DNA from: a virus
Direction: 5' to 3' (one strand)
Length of the DNA stretch: 64,000 nt
Virus record (IMG/VR): IMGVR_UViG_3300042484_000873
Span: 1 to 64,000 of that record
Below are positions 39,037-49,033 of this stretch, one piece after another (within the stretch, counting starts at the first letter, position 1; every line of letters starts with the position of its first letter). The notes below the pieces were generated by a model. The model did not search any database, had not been told where the DNA came from, and saw only the letters and a list, made by a program, of their open reading frames with translations. The position numbers and the translations under genes are program-made.

Positions 39037-39332
39037 TTTTAATTACTGAAGCCAAAGCCCGCTTCAATCACAATTCCGCAAAAGCCTATTTAAAAGACAA
39101 ATATAGTAGCAAGTTAATTGTTGCTGACCAGGGCGGCCTTTGGTGCGCTGACCAAACCACTATTTCTTTTCTAAACACAATGGATGATGACAACTATGTC
39201 ATTATGATTGATACCTTCAATAATCCAGTTCAAGTTAACCGTACACAACTATTAGAAGTATTGAAAACTACATACAATACAGTTATGTTGGCATGGTATA
39301 AAGAATGGAAAGAGTTAGAAAGTAAGAGATGA
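39024..39332 (+). CDS. Hypothetical protein, first gene of the modification operon
   Basis: AGGAG RBS; ATGA overlap with the next gene; no recognised motif. Confidence 0.7.
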   Translation: MDTKILITEAKARFNHNSAKAYLKDKYSSKLIVADQGGLWCADQTTISFLNTMDDDNYVIMIDTFNNPVQVNRTQLLEVLKTTYNTVMLAWYKEWKELESKR

Positions 39333-40129
39333 ATAGGGGCGTAATATTATTTGCGTTTAACTCTCCCAAATTCAATTACTATGATATGGCTGTAGCTACA
39401 GCTAAACGCATCAATCATTTCTTAAACTTACCTGTAACACTTGTTACGGATGAAAATTCTATACCTACTCAGCCTGAGTATACATTTGATAAGACAGTCA
39501 TAGTTACTCCGGACAAAAACAACAAACGTGATTGGGGTATATGGATCAACAAAGGTAGATATCAGGCATTCGAGTTGAGTCCATACGATGACACTATTTT
39601 ATTAGATACCGATTACTTGGTCAATTCAAATAAGCTATTACATACATTTGATTTGCCTACTGATTTTTGTTGCCATGACAACACGCATTTTTTGATGTAT
39701 CCTGATATTCCGCAAGAACTATTAAGTAACTATGGCTTCAAAACACTATGGGCTACTGTAGTAAGATTCAACAAAACTAAACGTGCTGAACAAATATTCC
39801 ATTCAATGGAAATGATTCAAAATAATTTTGAACACTACGCAAATCTACATAGTTTCATTCATTCAACATTCCGTAATGATTATGCGTTAACACTAGCAAC
39901 ACGCATTGTTAATGGACATACTACGCCTGTCAGTGATTACATACCGTGGAATCTAGTCCATATAGGCAAGAATACTTCAATACATAAAAACACGGATGAT
40001 CCTTTTAATACTGAATATACTGTAATGTTTGATAACTGGAACAAAGGTAAAATTCGTAAAGAATACAACATAATTAAAGACATGGATTTCCATGTGTTGA
40101 ACAAAGAAAACTTTTTGGAGTTGATATAA
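39329..40129 (+). CDS. GT-A fold glycosyltransferase (GT8/mannosyltransferase-like)
   Basis: RGVILFA start, SPYDDTILLDTD (DxD), WATVVRF, RNDYAL, HVLNK. Confidence 0.7.
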   Translation: MNRGVILFAFNSPKFNYYDMAVATAKRINHFLNLPVTLVTDENSIPTQPEYTFDKTVIVTPDKNNKRDWGIWINKGRYQAFELSPYDDTILLDTDYLVNSNKLLHTFDLPTDFCCHDNTHFLMYPDIPQELLSNYGFKTLWATVVRFNKTKRAEQIFHSMEMIQNNFEHYANLHSFIHSTFRNDYALTLATRIVNGHTTPVSDYIPWNLVHIGKNTSIHKNTDDPFNTEYTVMFDNWNKGKIRKEYNIIKDMDFHVLNKENFLELI

Positions 40130-40893
40130 TGTCTAAGGGTTTTGTAATTATGGCACAAGACACATCAAGTGTGAAATACACAACTTGTGCGGAAGCGTTA
40201 AAGAAAAGCATATTGCGAGTCATGCCAAATGCTAACATAACTATTATCACAACTGATATGTTACCATACGGTGATTTAGCCCCAACTAACGAGTGGAAAT
40301 TAATAAACGACTGGCAAGTATATGAAGCAAGCCCGTATGATGAGACTATCAAGTTAGAAGCAGATATGTATATTCCACGCAATATTGACCATTGGTGGGA
40401 TGTATTATCGCAACAGGATGTAGTAGTGTCTAGTTCAATCAGAAATTTTAGACAAGAAATATCAGACAATAGATTCTACCGTAGATTTATTGACGATAAC
40501 AACTTACCTGACGCATACAATGCTATCACTTATTTTAAAAAATCTGATACAGCCAAGCAATTTTTTGATATTGTAAAAGATGTTTTTGAAAATTGGAATG
40601 ACTACAAAGCATCATTGAAGTGCAATTCGGAAGAAATTGTAACAACAGATTGGGCATATGCTATTGCTTGCCATATTATGGGTATTGAAAACACAATGAT
40701 GCCTATGTTTAAAGAAATGGCAATGGTTCATATGAAACAATACATTAATGGTTGTCCCACTGAGAACTGGACAGATACGTTTGTTTATGAATGTTTTTCG
40801 GATCATATTAGAGTTCAAACTGTACCACAGCAATACCCGTTCCACTATCATGTAAAAAACTTTAGTGATAAAATATTAGAAAGTATGAAATGA
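40129..40893 (+). CDS. Paralogous GT-A glycosyltransferase-like protein (DxD replaced by EAD)
   Basis: KGFVIMA, SPYDETIKLEAD, YNAITYF, TTDWAYA, HMK, FHYHVK; colinear with the previous gene. Confidence 0.65.
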   Translation: MSKGFVIMAQDTSSVKYTTCAEALKKSILRVMPNANITIITTDMLPYGDLAPTNEWKLINDWQVYEASPYDETIKLEADMYIPRNIDHWWDVLSQQDVVVSSSIRNFRQEISDNRFYRRFIDDNNLPDAYNAITYFKKSDTAKQFFDIVKDVFENWNDYKASLKCNSEEIVTTDWAYAIACHIMGIENTMMPMFKEMAMVHMKQYINGCPTENWTDTFVYECFSDHIRVQTVPQQYPFHYHVKNFSDKILESMK

Positions 40894-41249
40894 GTACGGA
40901 CGACAACCAACAAGATTATATTATCATCTGGGAACAAGCTAAACTAGAACCACCTGAATTTAGATTGTACTACGATGATAAAGGATCGGTAATATGCTAC
41001 ACAGGTGACAAGTCAATGACCGGAAATTATATTGTCATTGATGCGTTAACATTCGCTGCCGCTAGACCAGATTTAAGAGTTATTGATGGTAGGATATCTA
41101 CAGCAAGCCCCAAGTCAGTAGTTTATAAACTAATGCCTGATGCCGCAGAAGGGGTAGAATGTCATCCTGATGATGTAAGCGTGGTAGTCAATAGTACACA
41201 TGTAGGTGAAAGGCAGAAATGGAAATTAAACATATATGAACTCGACTGA
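40890..41249 (+). CDS. Hypothetical protein
   Basis: Overlaps both neighbours in the operon; no recognised motif. Confidence 0.65.
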   Translation: MSTDDNQQDYIIIWEQAKLEPPEFRLYYDDKGSVICYTGDKSMTGNYIVIDALTFAAARPDLRVIDGRISTASPKSVVYKLMPDAAEGVECHPDDVSVVVNSTHVGERQKWKLNIYELD

Positions 41250-42189
41250 TATTATTGATGTAGCTGATTTAGACTGCATTTATCTAAGTTATGACGAGCC
41301 ACAGAAGGAAGAATTTTGGCTCAAGATCAAGAACATGGTGCCATGGGCTAAACGTGTAGACGGAGTTAAAGGTTCAGACGCCGCACACAAAGCCGCAGGT
41401 GAAGCCAGCGATACAGAACGTTTCATTCTTATTGATGGCGACAACATGCCAGAAGAAAGTTTCTTTAATATTCAATTAGATTTCACGGGTAAAGACGAGT
41501 CATTTAAACGAGCACAGTTTCGTTGGAAAGCTATCAATAACATTAACGGGTTGAGATACGGTAATGGCGGCATGAGTTCTTGGACTAAAGAATATGTCGC
41601 CAACATGAAAACACACGAACATCAAAAAGATGGTGATGTATCACGTATTGCTGATTTCTGTATGGGCGGAGATGATAACTTGTATTGGGCTATGTGGGAT
41701 TGCTATTCAACCACATATCCAAATATGACACCATTTCAAGCATGGCGTGCAGGATTCCGCGAAGGTGTTAAGATGAGTTTAGATAGAGGTGCTCGACCCA
41801 CAGTAGATCAATTCAAAGAAACTGTGGCAAGTCGCAACTTAGATAACTTGACTATCTGGCATAACATAGGTGCAGATGTAGAGAATGGTGACTGGGCTAT
41901 ATATGGTGCCCGACTTGGTACATATATGACGTTATTGACTACATGGGATCATGCAAATGTTCAATGGTTTGATAACTACATTCAAATGTGGGAAGAACAA
42001 GAACTCAGAAACCCGGTTGTCGAGGCTGCACAAATTGGTCAACAACTCAACGACAAGTTAGGTTTGCCTATGTGCAGATTAGATGAAGCACAGAGTAAGT
42101 TCTTCAAGCGTCATTATCTTGCTGATAAATATAATCTCGGACCATTAGTAAAAGAGATGGACGTTATTAGAAAAATAGAAGGATGGTAA
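41236..42189 (+). CDS. Glycosyltransferase-like protein (GT-A, DGD motif)
   Basis: YLSYDEP, RVDGVKG...AHKAA, FILIDGDN, YGNGG, AWRAGFREGVK. Confidence 0.6.
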   Translation: MNSTDIIDVADLDCIYLSYDEPQKEEFWLKIKNMVPWAKRVDGVKGSDAAHKAAGEASDTERFILIDGDNMPEESFFNIQLDFTGKDESFKRAQFRWKAINNINGLRYGNGGMSSWTKEYVANMKTHEHQKDGDVSRIADFCMGGDDNLYWAMWDCYSTTYPNMTPFQAWRAGFREGVKMSLDRGARPTVDQFKETVASRNLDNLTIWHNIGADVENGDWAIYGARLGTYMTLLTTWDHANVQWFDNYIQMWEEQELRNPVVEAAQIGQQLNDKLGLPMCRLDEAQSKFFKRHYLADKYNLGPLVKEMDVIRKIEGW

Positions 42190-43133
42190 TGCAACACGAA
42201 TATATTAAATTAGCACACAGTAATCCCGCACATGAGGATTGGTTCGTAGTTAACTGGTGCTTAGGTAACACATGTAATTTCGAATGTAGTTACTGTCCAG
42301 ATGATCTTCATTCAGGTAGCATTAAGTGGCCTGAGATAGAACAAATTAAACAATTTATGACTAGAGTAGCTGAACAAGTTGCTCCTAGAAAAGTATATTA
42401 TGAATTAACTGGTGGTGAAGTTACACTATACAAGCATTTTACTGAAATTTGCCAACACGCCACCGCACTTGGCGCCAAAGTTGGATTGATTAGTAATGGT
42501 AGCAGAACACTGCGTTGGTGGGAAGATAATAAACAATATTTTGACCATGTGTGTTTAAGCTTTCATCCTGAGTTTGCTGACCCTGATCACTTTGTTCAAG
42601 TTGTAAAATTATTAAACAATGATGTAAGAACACATGTAAACATTATGATGAGTCCTGAGAAGTTTGACTTCTGTTATGCTATCGCAAACAAAGTTAAAAC
42701 ATTAGGTAATATCAGTATGGCACTTCAGCCATTGATTCATGACTTCGGTGATACATTGTTTGACTATGATGATTTTCAGAAAAAGATTTTTGATAAACAA
42801 CATGAGTTGATTGTTAAACACATCAAGCATACTAAATCATTTGATTACTATCGAGGTGCTATGAAGATGGTTAAAGAAGATGGAACTGAAATCGTATCTA
42901 GCGCACATAGATTCATTAGTCAAAAGACAAATGATTGGAGTGGTTGGAAATGCTACAGTGGAGCAGAACAAATTGTAGTTGACTTATCTGGAGATGTGTT
43001 TAGAGGATGGTGTAAAGTTGGCGGCAAGATTGGCAATATATTTGAAAATTTTGAAGTAACCAAAACACCTGTTATTTGTAATAAAACAATGTGCCACTGT
43101 AACTTTGATATTATGAGCACGAAAGAACTATGA
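42189..43133 (+). CDS. Radical SAM enzyme with a C-terminal twitch-like domain
   Basis: CNFECSYC, TGGE, SNG; C-terminal C..G...C...C.K..C.C. Start at 42189 (TAATG) or 42183. Confidence 0.9.
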   Translation: MQHEYIKLAHSNPAHEDWFVVNWCLGNTCNFECSYCPDDLHSGSIKWPEIEQIKQFMTRVAEQVAPRKVYYELTGGEVTLYKHFTEICQHATALGAKVGLISNGSRTLRWWEDNKQYFDHVCLSFHPEFADPDHFVQVVKLLNNDVRTHVNIMMSPEKFDFCYAIANKVKTLGNISMALQPLIHDFGDTLFDYDDFQKKIFDKQHELIVKHIKHTKSFDYYRGAMKMVKEDGTEIVSSAHRFISQKTNDWSGWKCYSGAEQIVVDLSGDVFRGWCKVGGKIGNIFENFEVTKTPVICNKTMCHCNFDIMSTKEL

Positions 43134-44491
43134 GTAATCCACTAGACACAATATGCGATTTAAAATGGAACTACCCTATCTTTGGTATGGATAGAGGTGA
43201 ATTCAGAAGTTGCTGTAGGACTCCTACTAATTTAGTAACAGAGAACGAGTTACAAGAATTTGGCGTTGATGCTTTCTTGAATTCACCTAAACAAAGACAA
43301 GAACGCTTGGACTTAATTCAGGGTCGTAGAACTGAATCATGTGTTAGTTGCTGGAAACTAGAAGATTCTGGCATACAGAGTCCTCGTCATCACCCTAAAC
43401 AAATGTGGTGGCAGTTAATAAAATCTAAACAAGTCACACCCAGTGAATACTCTGATGAAAAACTATCATTGGAATTAAGTAAGATTAATGATATCAATCA
43501 TCCGGCATTGTATAGTTATAAGCCATACATGTTAGAAATCAGCATGGGTAATACCTGTGATTTGAAATGCATGTACTGTAGTCATCACTATTCTACTCAG
43601 TGGGCAACGGAACGTATCAAGTACCATGAAATAACACAAGAACAGTATGATAGAGAATTTCCCAAAGCACCACCGAGCTTTGACGGTAAATTTTGGGAAT
43701 GGTTCAATGAGACCGGAAGACATAGTATCACACGACTTGGATTGATTGGTGGCGAACCATTAATCATGCCAGAGTTCTATACTTTCATGGATAAAGTCAT
43801 TGCCAGTGTTGAAGAAATCAACGACCAGCGTAAAGAAAAGATTACATTATGGATAGTAAGTAACTTTAACACACCGTCAAATTATCTACAAAAGGTAATG
43901 CAGTATCTACCCAAGATATCCAAAGTATTCAACTTAGAGATATTGGGCAGTATGGAAAGCGTTGGTGAAAAATCAGAGTACATTCGCAACGGCGTTAGCT
44001 GGGAACGATTCACTAAAAACATTGACACTATCTTAAGTAACAAAGAACTAGAGTTTGATTTTGGCTTCATCATGAGTGTTAACGCATTGAATATAACCAG
44101 TAACAAAGACTTTATTGCTTATACAAAAGCATTGTATGAAAAGCATGGTAGACCAGTGATATTGAAGCAAAACTTAGTTAGTTTTCCTAGCTGGCAAAGT
44201 CCAATGATACTGTCACAAGACTTCATCCCCTACATAGAAGATACTATTCAATATCTAAATGACAATGCTGAATCTATGCCAACGGTAAAAGACTCACTTG
44301 GAACATGGTCAGCATATGCTAAATTCCTACAAACTATTATTGATGGTATCAACAATCAATCAATTGATAGATTAAATGACAGAAAGAAATTCGCTGAGTG
44401 GTTCGATACGTATGATTCACGCAGGGGACTAAAGTTAACTGGCACATTCCCGGAATACACTGATTTCTATAACATGTGTAAGGGTTTATAA
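43130..44491 (+). CDS. Radical SAM enzyme with an N-terminal SPASM-like domain
   Basis: N-terminal C...CC...CVSC; CDLKCMYC; GGEP; YIRNG..W; C-terminal D.RR....TFPE. Confidence 0.9.
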   Translation: MSNPLDTICDLKWNYPIFGMDRGEFRSCCRTPTNLVTENELQEFGVDAFLNSPKQRQERLDLIQGRRTESCVSCWKLEDSGIQSPRHHPKQMWWQLIKSKQVTPSEYSDEKLSLELSKINDINHPALYSYKPYMLEISMGNTCDLKCMYCSHHYSTQWATERIKYHEITQEQYDREFPKAPPSFDGKFWEWFNETGRHSITRLGLIGGEPLIMPEFYTFMDKVIASVEEINDQRKEKITLWIVSNFNTPSNYLQKVMQYLPKISKVFNLEILGSMESVGEKSEYIRNGVSWERFTKNIDTILSNKELEFDFGFIMSVNALNITSNKDFIAYTKALYEKHGRPVILKQNLVSFPSWQSPMILSQDFIPYIEDTIQYLNDNAESMPTVKDSLGTWSAYAKFLQTIIDGINNQSIDRLNDRKKFAEWFDTYDSRRGLKLTGTFPEYTDFYNMCKGL

Positions 44492-45888
44492 TGGATAAGA
44501 AACAATTTATTCCTATCTTTTCCGGCGATGACGGCAAGGGTTCTAAAATTTGGTATACTTCTAAGTTATTAGACGAACAGTATGGATTTGATCTTGTTGA
44601 AATCATCAAGAAAACTTCTCCCACATCAACACATAGAGCAACAGATAGTGAATATACAGAACTTGTGCGAGATCAAGTTCCTGATAACTTTTGTTTATAT
44701 CCATTTACACATTTTCAATTAGATCCAGATGGTAGAGCACGTCCTTGTTGTAAGTATAAGGTAGGTGATCCTACATGGCAGAAAGATGTTCCTAAACTAC
44801 CTGATGTAAACATAGGTGATCTCTGGGAGCAAGAAGAATTTCAAAATATACGTAGTCAGTTTTTAAGAAACGAAAGACCATCTGGGTGTAAAGCATGTTG
44901 GGATGAAGAAGCAGCAGGAGTACCTAGTATGAGATTGACTAGAGAAAAGGGCGGCAAAGAGCACCCACATGCAACTTTCTTCCATCATATTCCTAGACTT
45001 TATCCAAAGAGCCTAGACTTAAAACTAAGCAACTTGTGCAATCTCAAGTGTAGAATATGTACTCCTTTTCTAAGCACACAATGGATGAAAGAAATCATCG
45101 ATTTGGGTGTACATGATATGGGAGATGTTAGAACATTCACTAGCAATGCTAAAGAAAAGTTTTCTGCTGATCCTGCAAACGAAGAAATATTAAAACAGTG
45201 GGCACCTACTATTGACTACTTAGAATTCTATGGTGGTGAACCATTAATGCAACAAGAACATGATAAAATTTTGCGTATCATGAATGAGCACGGTAAGCCA
45301 GAACACACTGGATTATACTATAACACTAATAGCACTATATGTGACGAAGAATTCTTTAAATTGTGGGCTCCTTTCAAGGAAGTAACTATAAATTTCAGCA
45401 TAGACGATGTTGGTACTAGATTCGAATATCAAAGAAAAAATGCTATTTGGGCTGAGACACTAGATAACATGAACAAATATAAAGAATTAGCATTAAAATA
45501 CAACGTCAATATGATAGTGAGACTCTATACTACAGTAGGGATTTTGAATGTATTGTATCTGCCGGAATTTTTTGAGTTTGTTAAACAACATGAAATGAAA
45601 GTGGTATTGAACCTAGTTCATTACCCTCATCATTATTCTATTGTCAATCTACCGGCTGAAGTTAAAGATATCGTAAAAGAAAAATTGCTATCACTTGACA
45701 CTGGAAAGTACTTAACTGAATGGTCTCCTACAATTGATAACATCATAAATTTCATGTATGGATCAGAGTGTAATACGGAGTTACTTAAAACGTTCTTTCA
45801 TAAAACACATATACATGATGAATATAGAAATGAGTCGTTTAACAATACTTTCCCTGAATTATATGAGATGTTAAAGAAGTATGAATAA
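44491..45888 (+). CDS. Radical SAM enzyme with an N-terminal SPASM-like domain
   Basis: CLYPF...PCC...CKACW; CNLKCRIC; GGEP; NTN. Confidence 0.9.
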   Translation: MDKKQFIPIFSGDDGKGSKIWYTSKLLDEQYGFDLVEIIKKTSPTSTHRATDSEYTELVRDQVPDNFCLYPFTHFQLDPDGRARPCCKYKVGDPTWQKDVPKLPDVNIGDLWEQEEFQNIRSQFLRNERPSGCKACWDEEAAGVPSMRLTREKGGKEHPHATFFHHIPRLYPKSLDLKLSNLCNLKCRICTPFLSTQWMKEIIDLGVHDMGDVRTFTSNAKEKFSADPANEEILKQWAPTIDYLEFYGGEPLMQQEHDKILRIMNEHGKPEHTGLYYNTNSTICDEEFFKLWAPFKEVTINFSIDDVGTRFEYQRKNAIWAETLDNMNKYKELALKYNVNMIVRLYTTVGILNVLYLPEFFEFVKQHEMKVVLNLVHYPHHYSIVNLPAEVKDIVKEKLLSLDTGKYLTEWSPTIDNIINFMYGSECNTELLKTFFHKTHIHDEYRNESFNNTFPELYEMLKKYE

Positions 45889-47062
45889 TAATTTACCCAA
45901 ATCATTTTGTTCATTGCCGTGGGTTAATATATCTACCGATGTGAATGGGTCATTGCGCCCTTGTTGTAAGTTTGCACAACCTGATATATCTAATGAGTAT
46001 CAACTACCTAATATGAAAGAAGGTAGATTAGATGTATTATGGAATGACCAGCGTTTTCAAAATCTTAGACAAGCATTTTTGGATGGTAAGAAACCAAAAG
46101 AATGTCAAAGTTGCTGGGATGAAGAAGCTGCCGGAATCAAGAGTTTTAGAGTTCAATGGGAAATTGACAAAAAGGTAGACACCACTGGTATGATTTTCGA
46201 ACCTGTTGCTACTAGCGGTCCACGTGCAATGGACTTAAAACTAAACAACGTATGTAATCTCAAATGTAGAATCTGTGGTCCACAAGCAAGTTCAACTTTC
46301 TTGAAAGAACATCAAGAACGATTGAATATAACATTGGAAGGAAGCGAATATTGGATTAGCAATAAGATTCTTGGTACAGCCAATGAAGAAGTTATTAACA
46401 AATGGGCAGAAGATTTAATTCACCTTGAAGTTACTGGGGGCGAGCCAATGGCAAGTCCGGAGAACATAAAAATTTTAGACTTACTAATTAAGTCAGGTAA
46501 AGCCAAGAACATATCAGTATTGTTGAACACCAATGGCACCTTGTACAATAAGAAATTTTTAGATAACATACTTCAGTTCAAAGAAATAACACTGTGTCTA
46601 TCAATTGATGATTTAGATGCTAGGCTAGAGTACGAACGCTATCCCACAGAATGGAACGTAATACAAGAAAATATAACAAAATTTATTGAATTACGAAAGA
46701 CACATAGTAATCTGTTTCTAACGTTATGTCCTACTGTTAGTTCTTTTAACGTGTACTATCTACCAGATTACTTAGAGTGGGCAAAGACACTGGATATATA
46801 CACCTATTATAACATATTACATTACCCTCCTAGTCATAGTGTGAAGAACTTACCGGATAAGTTAAAAGAAATAGTATCTGCCCGTTTAACACATGAAGAT
46901 TTTGCTATCGTCAAAAACTTCTTGCATTTATCCAGAGATAATGATACACTTATCAATGAATTTATTAATAAGAATGAAGAATTAGACCAATACAGACAGC
47001 AAGATTTTAAAACCACATTCGGTGAATGGGGGAACTTAGTTATGGAATACAACGATGAATAA
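45881..47062 (+). CDS. Radical SAM enzyme with an N-terminal SPASM-like domain
   Basis: CSLPW...PCC...CQSCW; CNLKCRIC; GGEP; NTNGT. Confidence 0.9.
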   Translation: MNNNLPKSFCSLPWVNISTDVNGSLRPCCKFAQPDISNEYQLPNMKEGRLDVLWNDQRFQNLRQAFLDGKKPKECQSCWDEEAAGIKSFRVQWEIDKKVDTTGMIFEPVATSGPRAMDLKLNNVCNLKCRICGPQASSTFLKEHQERLNITLEGSEYWISNKILGTANEEVINKWAEDLIHLEVTGGEPMASPENIKILDLLIKSGKAKNISVLLNTNGTLYNKKFLDNILQFKEITLCLSIDDLDARLEYERYPTEWNVIQENITKFIELRKTHSNLFLTLCPTVSSFNVYYLPDYLEWAKTLDIYTYYNILHYPPSHSVKNLPDKLKEIVSARLTHEDFAIVKNFLHLSRDNDTLINEFINKNEELDQYRQQDFKTTFGEWGNLVMEYNDE

Positions 47063-48203
47063 ATTAACACCAGAGCAAATTGACGCATATAATGTTAAAC
47101 GTAAAGAGTTTGACCAAAGCAGAGAAATAAACACAATAAGTCCGTGTGTTGCCCCGTTAAACAATATGTATTTTACTGTTGAAGGTAATGTAGCTCCTTG
47201 CTGGTTATTAGTTGGACGTGTTGATAAATGGTCAACTACTCGGTCAATCAAAGATATATGGTTTGGTGAGAATTTTACTCAATACAGAAATCAATTAAAA
47301 GAAGGTATATTCAATAGTGAATGTAGAGTATGTAAGCAGAAAATAGAAGCAGACACTTGGCCATTGGCATTAGCTTATGATGGTTTTAGTGTGAAAGAAT
47401 ATCCAACTGTATTAGAATTAGAGTTAAGTAATCAGTGTAATTTAGAATGTGTAATGTGTGATGGTAGATTAAGTTCTGGTATTAGAAAAAACAGAGATAA
47501 ACTACCACCTATGACAATGGTGTATGATGATAGTTTTGTTGAACAATTGAAAGAATTCATACCTCATTTAGAAGAACTTAGATTCAACGGTGGTGAGCCC
47601 TTCGCACAAAAAATTGTTTATGATATTTGTATGGTTGTAGCACAAATTAATCCATCATTGAGAATCAACATTGCCACTAACGGTACTGTATATAACAAGC
47701 AGGTTCGTGAAATATTAGACAAGTGTAATATTCACTTGAACATTAGTATTGATAGCTTAGATAAACAAAACTATGAATCAATTAGAATCAACGGAAACTT
47801 TGATGATCTGATGGAAAACTTCCTAACATTTAAAAAGTACTGTAAAGATAACAATCGCGGACTTAGCGTTATGGTTAATCCCATGAACAACAACTGGTGG
47901 GAAATGCCTGAATTTGTTCGCTTCACAACTGAGAATGAGGTTAACTTATGGTACAACACGATACACCACCCAGAACATCTAAGTATTTGGAAATTACCTA
48001 GTCAAAATTTAGGAGTTATTCTACAAACATTAGAACCACAAGTTGAAGAACTAAAACCAGTTGACTACTCAAATTATGTAGCACACGGTAACTGGGAAAA
48101 ACTAAATCATTTTGTCAATAAGCAGATAGCAAATTGGTACAACAAGCAGGCGGCAAGAGAACAAGAAACAAATAAAAAAGTATTTGAAATTAAAGCAATA
48201 TGA
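47055..48203 (+). CDS. Radical SAM enzyme with an N-terminal SPASM-like domain
   Basis: CVAPL...PCW...CRVC; CNLECVMC; GGEP; TNGT. Confidence 0.9.
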   Translation: MNKLTPEQIDAYNVKRKEFDQSREINTISPCVAPLNNMYFTVEGNVAPCWLLVGRVDKWSTTRSIKDIWFGENFTQYRNQLKEGIFNSECRVCKQKIEADTWPLALAYDGFSVKEYPTVLELELSNQCNLECVMCDGRLSSGIRKNRDKLPPMTMVYDDSFVEQLKEFIPHLEELRFNGGEPFAQKIVYDICMVVAQINPSLRINIATNGTVYNKQVREILDKCNIHLNISIDSLDKQNYESIRINGNFDDLMENFLTFKKYCKDNNRGLSVMVNPMNNNWWEMPEFVRFTTENEVNLWYNTIHHPEHLSIWKLPSQNLGVILQTLEPQVEELKPVDYSNYVAHGNWEKLNHFVNKQIANWYNKQAAREQETNKKVFEIKAI

Positions 48204-49033
48204 AAAAGTTAATATTTAACGGTTGTAGTTTTATGGCAGGTGATGAACTTGTATGGGAGAAATATCAAAAAGAACAAGGTAGAGAATTTCAACCTTGGCA
48301 CTGGAAACAACCAAATTACGATGACTCACTGTTTAGACTTGAGTATAGAAAGTATCGTAAACAATTTAATTTGCCAGCAGTAGTCAGTCGTAAATTGGGA
48401 TGTGAATGGGACGATCTATCAGCCGACGGAACAAGTAATACAAATATTGTAATAAACACGATAGCATATTTAAATGATTATTCAAAAGAGGAAAGACAAA
48501 AGTGTCATGTTATTATAGGATGGACTTGTATTAGTAGAATTCTCAAATACTCACCAACACGAAATATTTTTCTTAATTTGACAGCCCAACATTATTCAGA
48601 GCATACCGAAGACTTGGCTAAAACAGAACTCAAAGAACATATAAAAATACAAATATTGGGGGCAGATGATCAGGATTTCATTTTAGATTATGTGAAAAAT
48701 GTAATGCTTTTAGAAAATTATCTAATATCTAATAATATTACTTATACATTTTATAGGGCTATTGATGACGGATTGTATAAATTTAAAAATATAGGTCCAT
48801 TTGACTATGATTCCACCATTACATTAAACGTAGAAGATTGTACCAATCATAATAATTGGTATCCTTTTTCTGGCGCACCAATAGCCCCGATTTATGAATA
48901 TGGGTGGAATATGGTATTTCTTAATAAGCCAAATCTAGTGATATCACAAACAAATGGCCACCCGGGGTTTTCTGCAATAAATGCCTTTTCTACTAAACTA
49001 TCAGAGTTTGTTCAAAAACAAAATGTCCTTTAA
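48200..49033 (+). CDS. SGNH/GDSL-like protein (possible acyltransferase or esterase)
   Basis: N-terminal LIFNGCSFMAG, G.SN block, IIGWT...R, C-terminal GHP. Confidence 0.55.
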   Translation: MKKLIFNGCSFMAGDELVWEKYQKEQGREFQPWHWKQPNYDDSLFRLEYRKYRKQFNLPAVVSRKLGCEWDDLSADGTSNTNIVINTIAYLNDYSKEERQKCHVIIGWTCISRILKYSPTRNIFLNLTAQHYSEHTEDLAKTELKEHIKIQILGADDQDFILDYVKNVMLLENYLISNNITYTFYRAIDDGLYKFKNIGPFDYDSTITLNVEDCTNHNNWYPFSGAPIAPIYEYGWNMVFLNKPNLVISQTNGHPGFSAINAFSTKLSEFVQKQNVL

